This document shows positions 53,663 through 64,000 of a DNA stretch of 64,000 bases, piece after piece (positions within the stretch are counted from its first letter, which is position 1; every line of letters starts with the position of its first letter). A program made the translations under genes and the position numbers. Under the pieces are notes generated by a model. That model worked only from the letters and a program-made list of their open reading frames with translations. It did not search any database and was not told the origin of the DNA. Source of the DNA: Eledone cirrhosa (taxonomy: Eukaryota); the NCBI GenBank assembly GCA_964016885.1, contig OZ024744.1, positions 70,680,001-70,744,000 of the forward strand. Reading direction: 5' to 3'.

Positions 53663-54601
53663 TCTATATATATAAAACTGTGGTTGTCTGTCTGTCTATC
53701 GATTTTTGGCACACATCTCCTCTTAGAATCTCTCACGGAATTGCACCGAAATTGCTATACTTGTACATTGAGCCCTAGCGAAGACATCGGAAAAAAAAAA
53801 TTTCAAATTGACCCACCCTATGTGACGAAATCGAATATAATGTATCGATTTTTGAGCGTAAGTGATCAGTTATTTCCCTTTGTTCTGTTTACATTGAGCG
53901 TCTTACGTAAAAAATTACGCTGGCTTTCTCAGCGTTTAAAATACAATACACGAACAGTTGTCGAGCCAGCAAAATATTGACCTGCAAAATTCATCAGTTC
54001 GAACACTAAGCTTCCGTTTTGCTTCATTTCCATTTAAAAGCATTTTAAAACAATATTTTTACTTGAAAACAAGTCTATTTAAAGACTACGTAAAACAAGC
54101 AAATATTTCGTCGTTAGGCGTGCAGACAGACAGTCGTGCAGACAGACAGTCGTGCAGAGAGGTGATATACGCGTGCAGACAGATAGTCGTGCAGAGAGGT
54201 GATATAGGCGTGCAGACAGACAGTCGTGCAGAGAGGTGATATAGGCGTGCAGACAGACAGTCGTGCAGAGAGGTGATATAGGCGTGCAGACAGACATAAC
54301 TGATAATTTGGTTACGCTAATGTTTTTCTCTGCGTTGCAGTGTTTACATTTTCGATCTTTGTTAATAAATAACCAGTGCAGTTTTTATCCCCAGCATCCT
54401 CTTTTGTTATAACATTCGGGTTATCGTTATGTTTTCTTAACTTCATAAGGCATATTGTTGGTTGAGGGAATATTAATCAAAAACACCACATGCAAGTCTG
54501 CACAGTAGACACTACAGTTTTTAAGCCAAAAAAGAAACTTAACATTGTAACTTTAACACAGCTACTGAGCGACCCCGAGCAACGCCGGGCTTTACTGCTA
54601 G
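53663..54601 (+). mobile_element. Non-autonomous Helitron with internal ~37-bp minisatellite
   Basis: A|TCtatatatataaaactg start, cccgagcaacgccggg hairpin, CTAG|T end. ggcgtgcagacagacagtcgtgcagagaggtgatata repeats at 54117-54295. Confidence 0.9.
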
Positions 54602-54695
54602 TATATATATATATATATAACGGCGATGAATTAGTTTTGCGAGGTTTTTGATATAAAATCATGTGTCGAAACAAATATTGTTATACTTGGGGAGG

Positions 54696-54772
<77 letters not shown>

Positions 54773-54849
54773 AACAGAAATAACAACACAATCGGTACAG
54801 TATATGAAAGGAATATATTAGGTTAACTCTTGAAATAGCAGGAAGAGGG

Positions 54850-54885
54850 TCTTAACGTTTCGGATACTAGTCCTTCATCAGAAGA
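54850..54885 (-). ncRNA. Ultra-minimal type I hammerhead ribozyme
   Basis: tctt-CTGATGA-a-gga(ctagta)tcc-GAAA-cGTT-aaga. Confidence 0.7.
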
Positions 54886-56019
54886 AACAATGAGAAATAA
54901 GATAGATTGAACGGACGGGCGGGATGGAATTGGAAAAAAAGTCTTTAGATAAAAATAACAGGTCCATTCATGTTGACATCTCTTGCAAAACTGTTGGTGC
55001 TGGCGTTTTGTGTATGATATATATATATATATTTATAACACGTATACATTCAACATGCATATAAACATATGTAGCGTCTTTGCTACATCATCATTCCCCC
55101 CCCCCCCCCCACCACCACCAACAACAACAACAACATCATTATCATCACATTTATTTTCACTTAAAAGTTAAATTTCGTAAGCTGCGACATTGTATTTTCT
55201 CAGTTCAGATTCCCAGCTTTAGAAACACTTCCCTACCATAAATTTAGACCCACCAGCACGAGTGAAATTATCACTAGCTCTTTGACACTGTGTCCAGCAC
55301 TAGATCCACAAATGTTAGACATTTTCTACTGGGACTCAGTTTTATCGATTTTACACCTGCTCCTTATTAAGACAACAAGACTCACAATTCCTTTTAAACG
55401 CCATCCCCGACGATTTGTAGAATTCTTATACAGTTCTTATTACAAATTACCCCGCCGAACCGGTACACAAATATACCATTTCTTCTAAACACTGTCTCCC
55501 ACTAAGATGTATTGAATGCTTAGTTAGTTCTTGTTTTGAAAAACCCTTTTGCGTTGATATGCATGTGCAATAGCTCTTCTAAAAACATTTCCCGCTTATG
55601 TCGCGTTGACTACATATCCATTGGACCAGAGATTCGATCCCACCCAGTCTGGCTCTTGAAAACGACATCTTCGGAAAATTAGCAAGACAAACACTTTTCT
55701 ATATGGTTACAAATGTCTTGTCCTTACTTTCTATTTTGCTAAACCTTTTCTATACATTTACTAAGCTTAAATTGTTTAACTTTCTTTCATCACATTGTCT
55801 ATTCTTGATGTGCTAGAATAACTAACTATACGACGTGACAAAAAAATAAATAAAAAAATAATAATAATAATAAATAAATAAATAAATAAATAAATAATGC
55901 TTCAGAACTCTTAGATTTTCTTGGGAGCTGGCAGTATCATCCATTACTCTATCTCCCCATAGTAGTTTGCGACTGTTGGCTCGGGGTTGCATATCAGCCC
56001 GACATGACACCACTTATAT

Positions 56020-57255
56020 CGCAACTAGCCATTACCTCTGATGACCGTACCGCTATCCACCACCTGCGACCCGTTCACTAGCAGACCGCTCTGCCGAGAA
56101 AAGCTAGCTTCACCCGTAGCCACGACGAAATGAGAAAATACCAAATTGGTGACTGGCGCGAATGAGAACACCAAAAACACTGCAATATGGCCGGAAACAG
56201 TAAAGCCATCGATACAGTATTGTCCTACGCGTGGCATAACAAAGAACGTATTCAAATCTTGGGTAGAGGGGCCTCTTCGAAAGATATATTGCAGTCTCCA
56301 CCCAACGCTGCAAGAAGTGGCGATGGGCCTGCGACCTGTCCCATGGGGCGTGGGATGGAAGCACAAAGGTTACGCATCCTGAGATTGTAGGGAGGGTCCG
56401 AAAGGCAGCTATTATTGGTAACTGGAACATTACAACCATTACAAGAAAGAAGGAACTAATGGAGGAGGCCAGATGTTACCGGTTAGATATAGTCAGAGTT
56501 TCATTTAAAAAAAAAAGTTATGTGGCTATGGTACATAACTTTTTTTGTCCTACGCGTGGCATAACAAAGAACGTATTCAAATCTTGGGTAGAGGGGCCTC
56601 TTCGAAAGATATATTGCAGTCTCCACCCAACGCTGCAAGAAGTGGCGATGGGCCTGCGACCTGTCCCATGGGGCGTGGGATGGAAGCACAAAGGTTACGC
56701 ATCCTGGATGGAGGATGGAAACTCCACTATTCAAGTGTGGCGCCAGAAAAGACTGCATACACAGGTGTGGTAATACTGACAAGACCATGGCTGTCAGAAT
56801 GTGTTATGGACTGGATCCCATTAGGAGGAAGGATTTGCTTTTTGAAGCATAAGCTAAAAGAAAGATCTCTGTGGGTGGTGCAAGTTTTTGCGCCAGACAG
56901 AGTCCGAATACAGACCCTTCCTTGCTGAATTCACTGCGGCGTTCGAAGTAGTTAAGACTGAGTCATATATCCTAATGGAAGACTTCAATGCGCATGTTTA
57001 CACTGACCACCTGACATATAACAGAGTAATTGGAAGGAATGGTGATCACAATCTAAATACGAATAGAGAGGCTTTAGTAGACATCTAGCAATGGGCTCTC
57101 GCTTGGAGATCCAGCCAGATCAATTGACGACGGTTGCTTCTGCCAGGACCCGCTGGAATGAGTGTTTGAGGACTCGGTCCCAACGACACCCTCGGGAATA
57201 AATGGCAGAAGAAGAAGAGAAGAAGACGAAGAAGAAAAAGAAGAAGAAGAAGAAT
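56020..57255 (+). mobile_element. Internally deleted RTE element (5' region + APE start joined to the 3' end)
   Basis: IIGNWNITTI...LDIVRVS and ILMEDFNAHV...VIGRNGD (APE), then a jump near 57090 to the 3' end shared with 4965-5030 and a GAA tail. 56220-56381 is duplicated at 56546-56707. The 5' boundary is uncertain. Confidence 0.8.
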
Positions 57256-57277
57256 TACATAAACAATATATTGTCAC

Positions 57278-57362
<85 letters not shown>

Positions 57363-57959
57363 CCCCCTCCCACACACAAATACACATTATTTTCGTTCTT
57401 TTATTGTATTCTCAATTTTCACATCAGCCTCTGTATCTCATAAACGATATTATTGTCTAATTTTTACATTCTCAAATGTTGACAGGCAAACGTTTATTTT
57501 CTGATTATGTTTTTACGTTCTTGTGTATATTGAATGCATAAGGTGGGCGTTTACAATTGTATGTATGTTAAACATAAAAATTATCGTTTAATCTCATTAT
57601 TAATAGTATATAAATTTTTATTATAACAACCCTGTTGTATACAAACATTAACTACTTCAACCCGGTTTTAAACTAAACGTGGACTTTCTATTTGTCAACG
57701 TAAGTGAATATCTAATGCCTGCTAAGCATTGGAGGAAACCATTTATATTTTTTGAATAGTAAGTGAATTGAATTCGTCTTCTGTATAGCTAGTAGAATTC
57801 TGTTCCATTTAGACGTAAATACTATCCCGTGTATCGAAAAATATATATCTAGATATATGTTTTCGTGTTAATATTTACCTTGTTTCAGAAGTCGTAAAAG
57901 TGGAGTTTTCCATTTACTATTTACCATTTATACAATTATACACACACATATATACATAT

Positions 57960-57991
<32 letters not shown>

Positions 57992-58029
57992 TATATATGA
58001 CGGTTGTTTGGTCAATACGAAACTTGACC

Positions 58030-58540
58030 ACCTCAATGTATATGGAGCTCAGTTCTGGCATGAGAACCCATTGTGTATTTTTAGATCAGACATACTTTTA
58101 AAATGTCGTCCGTATAAATTAGACTTTAGTTTCGGTGTAGCTTCAACTGCCTGAGTTGTCTGATCTTGATGAACCCTAAAATATCTCTTTAGACCTCCTT
58201 TAGATTTGCATATTTTGTGACACATGTGGCATTGATATGTGTGAACTGATTGGTATGTTCTGAGGTCAGTAGGAAGTGTTCTATTGTGTGCTCTCATGCG
58301 AGAGTCCAGCTTTTGACAGGCAGATTTTGCCACAAACTGTACAAGTAGAAAAAGTCCCATTAATTTCGTATTCACTTACTGGTTGTTTTTTCCTGATATT
58401 CCTCTTAATATTTACTTGCATTAATCTATTTTGCTCAAACGTTTTCACATCATCCCATATTTTTGAGCGCCAGCTAAAGCGATCCATTGCAAGCCTTTCC
58501 AAGTTATTTTTGGATTGATTCCTAAATTCTTCAAGTTCTC
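58030..58540 (-). mobile_element. RTE-BovB-like LINE 3' end with C2H2 zinc fingers
   Basis: LERLAMDRFSWR...FEQNR; CTVCGKICLSKAGL; CHMCHKICKSKGGLKRYFRVH. Confidence 0.7.
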
Positions 58541-58685
58541 CATACATACATACATACCTACCTACATACTTACATATATACATACACACACACACACACA
58601 TACATACATACATACATACATACATACATACATACATACATACATACATACATACATACATACATACATACATACATACATACAT

Positions 58686-59090
58686 AGTGGCTGCCAACTC
58701 GTTTTTCGAGTACGGCCACTACTTTATATCCATGGAGGAGAACCCCTACCGATGCGCTGAACGAGTGTGACGTTTTAGTCCAGCCAGCGACTTGAAAATT
58801 CTGGTACAAACACTACACTTGTGACAATTATTGACACATAGTGCTGGGCCCATGGTACCATGTGACGACAAGTGCAGAGGGATCTCCAGATATAAAGCAA
58901 TGCCTGTGCCGTGAAGCTTTTATAGTGAGCAAAGGCACTGCACAAAGCCAGTCCCACTCTCTTAACCAAGATGATATTTACTAAAAAGGAGAACAAGTCA
59001 ACATCATTGGATACCATCAGGGTTGCAGGTGTTATATCAGAGTTTTCCTTCTCCTAGAATATTGCCTTGACAAAGGCTAAGGGGTCATCT
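58686..59090 (-). mobile_element. Second copy of the 30500 non-coding retroposon
   Basis: Near-identical to 30500-30880; (CATA)n on both sides. Confidence 0.65.
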
Positions 59091-59155
59091 CATACATACA
59101 TACATACATACATACATACATACATACATACATACATACATACATACATACATAC

Positions 59156-61155
59156 AACCAGAACTCTTCAATATAAACTGATCCCCCTCAAACAAGAATT
59201 GAGAGCTGTCAGCGAGAAACGCCGATACCTAAAGAGGGTAGCTTAAAGAAAAGTGCTTAATAAAAGATTCAGACGAAACCAAACATCAGTCTATAGAGAT
59301 ATGGAGGGCAAAGTAATAAATGTCACTGAGGCCCCATCCCACAAAGACATTGATTCCTCCTGAAGAGAAATATGGGGTGAAAAGAAGAATTTCATACAGT
59401 GTGGCAAAAAGAAACCAAAAACGAACTATTGCTCCTACACTATAACAAAGACATACAAAATAAGTGAGGGCACCCTTGAGACTGTGATAGGAAAACTCCA
59501 AGATAAGAAAACACCAGGAAGAGACATGATTTTCGGCTACTGGTACACAAAACTGATATTCTATCGGATGTATCTTATCGATCTCTACCAACTAGTTCTT
59601 AAGGGAGATACACATATACCAGAATGGTTGACATTAGTACAAACAATACTGGTCCCCAAGAACATGGGTACACACAATCCCCCTCCCCCCCCCAAACAAA
59701 AAAAACTACTGACCTATTGCATGCCCGAACCTGATGAATAAGATGTATACAGCCTGCCTGAACCTATTCCTCCAAGATCACTGTGAAAATAATAACATCA
59801 TCACAGATGAAAAAGCAACTGGAAAGAAAGGGGTTTGCGGGTGTGATTAACAACTCCTAATCAACAAAACTGCGATGTCGGAGGTGCGACAACTTAGGAG
59901 GAATATGGCTACAGTCTGGCTGGACTACAGGAAAGCTTTCGATTCTGTTCCCCAGTCTTGGATGATAGAGGCCCTCCGACTTGTTAAAGTCCCAGACATT
60001 ATTATCAGAGCCATAGAGAAGCTCCGACAACATTTACGAACCTCGAAACGTAGGAGCCCATCTATTGAGCAAGTCTATCTGCATGAGACAGATAAGATCA
60101 TGAGAGTTGGGAAGAAACTCCTTGAAAGATACTCCCTGTGTGATAATCAAAAACTCACACCCAGGGAAGTTGCTCAGCAGTACCGCAGTGAATTCATGGA
60201 TGAAAAACTGCATGCTTATCAGCAAAATATCATGCATGGTTATGTTGCCAGGAAGCTCCAGGGTGAGAGTAATATAGATAAATAAAGTAGTCTATCTTGG
60301 ACCAACAACCACTATATTGGCTCCTACTTTGAAGGATACGCTTTTGCAACCCAAGAACAGGAAATCAACACGAAATACCTGATTCACAAAGGAGATAGGG
60401 ATGCAGGCAAAACACCTAGATGCCACAACAAGTGCAGACTCTGCAGAATTAACATCGAAGGTGTCACCCACGTCATAAGCAGCTGTCCAAAGATGTCACC
60501 ACGGTACTATCTACTTATGAGTCATGATATAGTTGCCAAAACACTGTACAATGCAATCCGTAGAACAGATTGTCCCGATAATAAACACATTAAAAGCTAC
60601 AGCAATGTGGAAGACATACACATACATAATATTAAAGATTACTGGTGGAATGTTCTAGTAAAAACCCCAATAAAATGCAGGCATAACAGACCAGATATTA
60701 TGATATGGGACAGGGAAAAGAAAACATGCAGAGTAGTGGATATTAGCTGCCCACCAGATGCCAATATAATATCAAAGATTAGCGAAAAGGAGAACATTTA
60801 TGCAGAACTGATGAGAAATCTGCAGATACTGATTACACCCTGATTACACCTTCAGATTTATGCCTGTGATTATTGGGGCACTGGATTATGTTAGTAACTG
60901 CCTCAATACAAATCTTGAGAAGCTGGGCTTCACAGAAACAAAAAGAACACAACTAGTTAGGAAATACAAGTACAATCCCTTAATGGAACAGTAAAAATAT
61001 GTAATACATTCCAAAGATTTTGCATCTAATAACTGCATGTACATATGTACAGACACAAAGCATATACACATGCACACATACAACTCAAAACATACACATC
61101 CACACATACAATAACATCCATATCTACACATGCATGCATACATACATATCTACCT
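59156..61155 (+). mobile_element. R4/Dong-clade element with internal RT deletion (same family as 24550)
   Basis: Matches 25707-26537, then jumps (RAIEKL|RQHLRTSK) to the 27321 equivalent. HNRPDIMIWD...VDISCP RLE; 3' UTR matches 31083-31336. Confidence 0.9.
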
Positions 61156-61399
61156 AGGTGTTGTGTTTTCTAGTTTATATATAAAAATTATTGAATTATT
61201 GAATTTTATATGTGGCTAGAGAGTAATGTGTCAATTTTTCCGTTTAAGTTGCAAGACGTGTGTGTGCTGGTAATATGTTTCTTTTTTTACCTTCTAATTA
61301 TTGGCTGTTAGTCCATTGCACTATAGATACGGCTTGCAACGTTAGTGCAGTTGAAATTGCTTATGTAGTATGTGTTGTTTGGCATATATTTTTTTTTTT

Positions 61400-62620
61400 A
61401 TTAATCTGATTAGAGTTTGTTAAGGTTTGTTCAAAGTTCTTAGTTGTGGAATATAATGGTTTAATGTTGATTTTGTTGATGATTTGAGATTACTTATGAT
61501 CCTTAGGAACGTGCTTTGCGTCTCTACTGTTATTGAGACGTGTAAGTAGAAATGTAGGATAAATTAAATAATTTTTCTATTACTGTTTCTCTTTTTTCTG
61601 TTTAAATGTTTTGTATAATAGTGTTTGTGTATTTTATTTTGTCTTCATAACTTCTGCTGTATAGTGCTTCATTGTAGGGCATTGAAATTTCAGTGAAATC
61701 TGTTTTGTCAGACGTCCATTAGAAAGACGAAAGGAGATGCTTTTACTTGTTATATTTATTATATTAGAAAGTGGTTAGATTTTTGCATATATTTTAGTTT
61801 TTTGTTTTCTTTTTTTAAAAGGGTTAGTAAAAAGATTTTTCAAAGTTTAAATTTACATCTAAGAATTTGATGGCATTTAATTTATTTCTACTGTGATAGA
61901 AGAGTGTAATATTTGGAAGCAGTGGTGGCCTTCTCCCAAATTGTCCTTTTGTTTCATGAGTAGGCCCTCATTTCTATAAAATTGAGTGGTACTGATATCA
62001 CTGGCTTACAGTGAGTCGTTTGATCTCGTAATTACATTGAATGGCTCTGAGTGTTTGACTTGGCCCGGTAAGTGTTATAGAATATTAGGGACATCCAAGA
62101 TTGTAATATTGAATCAGTGTCAAGGTCTTTGAGTTTTGTTATAGACTTAACGAAACTTAAAGCAGTCTGTAGTATGGTGGTTGATACTGTCAAGAAAAAG
62201 TAGCATTTGTTTTTGTTCTTTGTGTTTTTTAGCCTTTCTGTTACTGAGTTAGTGCTGTCTCAATGTTGAGGTGGAAAGCGTTTTTAATGTTAGATATGAA
62301 AGCGTATACAGTTTTGCTGATTACACCCAGATCAATTTTGGAAGGGTTGATTAGTTTGGATGAAAGAATGTTAATTAAATTTCGCTTGTAGTCATTAAGT
62401 GTGACGTAACAGCTGTTATGTGTAAGAAGGTTTACTCTATTTCGATAGTTAACTCAGTGGATATTTTGGGATGTGTTGTTGCTGTCATTCAGTGCAGCAT
62501 ATTTGTACTGCTTTTGTTTTGTTTTGCTTTTGTTGGTGTTTTTTTATATGTTAGAAATAAAGTTATGGATGAGAAGATGATTAGATGATTTGAGTTTTGT
62601 CTGATCCGACGAAACTATTT
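61400..62620 (-). mobile_element. Penelope-like element RT remnant (highly degraded)
   Basis: Hand translation of the minus strand gives KLINPSKIDLGVISK (~62325-62380), LKNTKNKNKCYF (~62200-62235), FLDVNLN (~61845-61865) and KSNH, recalled Penelope RT/thumb motifs. Confidence 0.6.
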
Positions 62621-63354
62621 TGAATATATTTAATATATTTATTTTATGCTTCATTTCTTCTTGAAAAAAGTTCGCCAAAAGCAATAAAATCCTGAAATAG
62701 CAGGAATTATGAACAAGCTATTTTTCACAGTTTGTGACGTTTGAGACATTTGGATAACTGGGTCGCTGGCAATGAAGTTTTTGTCATTGTTGGCAGCTCG
62801 CTTTACCGATATATTAGCTGGTGCATGCGAAAGTGCTTGATTATTCCAGCGCCTTATCCTCGCTACCATCCACGAAAATGCAGCGAACATGTTGGCTTGT
62901 CTCAAATATTATTAGAAGGAAACTCCAGCGCCACACGTTTTGGCGTGTGATCAAGTAAGTAGGTCTTCTCACAACCCATCTTTTTCTTTTATTTTCCTCT
63001 TTGAAAAAATACACACCATTTGTTTGATGCTAGAGTAAATTATAGAAACAGGCATTGCATTAATACACGTTATTGAGTTATATTGGTAACTAACACTGGT
63101 AAATGACTGTACAATAATTAGTGTTAATACAGGATGTGTTTTATTCATTTTCCATATCAACCTGCTTCCATCTGATATAGATATGTCATTTACTTTAAGA
63201 AGATTCAAATTCATTATCAGACTATCTTGCCAATAAACAAAAGACAAGGGAAAAGCAAGTCGAAAAGTAACTTTTTATCTCCCTTCTCCGCTGTTCAAAC
63301 AAGATCAGCTATATATTACTGTCAGTACAGATGGAAATCTTTTTAATCTTAAAT

Positions 63355-63800
63355 TACTTGCTTATCAAAGTCAGCCTTGAACGATGTCATCAGAAAGATC
63401 TTTGAGGTGGTCCGTTTCCCGTTAAAACTGGAACATACTGGCCTCGACCGTAGTGATGGTAAGTTGCCAGACAAGATAACCCTTTTCCCGTTCGAAGGAG
63501 GTAAATCTCTAATCTGGGACGCCACATGTTGCAACACATTCTCCGCCTCTGGCCATGTCACTTCATCCACAAATCCGGGCACTGTTGCTCATAACAAAGA
63601 GGCGAGAAAGATAGGACTTAACCAATTGCTTTCTTTTCATAGCGGTCGCCGGTTATCAGACTGCTGTTTTCCTCCCCAAAATCGGGAGTGCATCTCGCCT
63701 GAGAAAGGAGCCCTGCAAGGTGGAGCGGTTAAAGCAACAAGTTTCGCTAGCTGTTTTCCGCAGCAATGCTTTCGCCATCTTGTCCGCGGGGCGCAGCTAA
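63355..63800 (+). mobile_element. CRE-clade RLE fragment
   Basis: LNDVIRK...GLDRSDGKLPDKITLFPFEGGKSLIWDATCCNTF...NPG. Confidence 0.8.
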
Positions 63801-64000
63801 GAAATACTGCATAGACATGGATGTATAGTTTTCCCCACCCTTCCTCCTTCACCTTTTAACATTATTTTATTTGTTGCTGTCTATCGTCACCTTTGGCTTC
63901 ATAATTTACTCAATTAAAAGCAGCCGTAGGAACCCCACTGGTTGGAAAAAAAAAGAAAATTTACAAAATATGTTGTTTATACAAAGATTATTTGAATTTA

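Noticed and set aside
56034-56112. CTGATGA...GAAAagctagcTTC near the RTE 5' end as a hammerhead
   Set aside because: Stem III pairs, but stems I and II do not.

Overview
Eukaryotic, AT-rich, repeat-saturated DNA with no complete host gene. The SINE families and the (TA)n/(CATA)n/(CA)n load suggest an octopod cephalopod (inference from family resemblance, not a database search). The window contains: decayed non-LTR retrotransposons (RTE, CRE, R4/Dong, L1/Tx1), a Penelope-like RT remnant, many tRNA-derived SINEs, non-autonomous Helitrons, Merlin, mariner and hAT-type DNA transposon derivatives, and one possible host first exon (973-1333, minus). The standout signal is invisible in the ORF track. 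Between about 36 and 55 kb there are at least 14 type I hammerhead ribozyme motifs (CTGAnGA...GAAA...NUH with paired stems) from about 9 distinct repeat families, almost all embedded in (TA)n. Several lie in 468-524 bp head-to-tail repeats of highly self-complementary sequence, and two of these arrays end in an inverted copy. This resembles a diverse set of retrozyme or Penelope-dependent, circRNA-forming elements. All calls were made by eye; boundaries of decayed elements are approximate.
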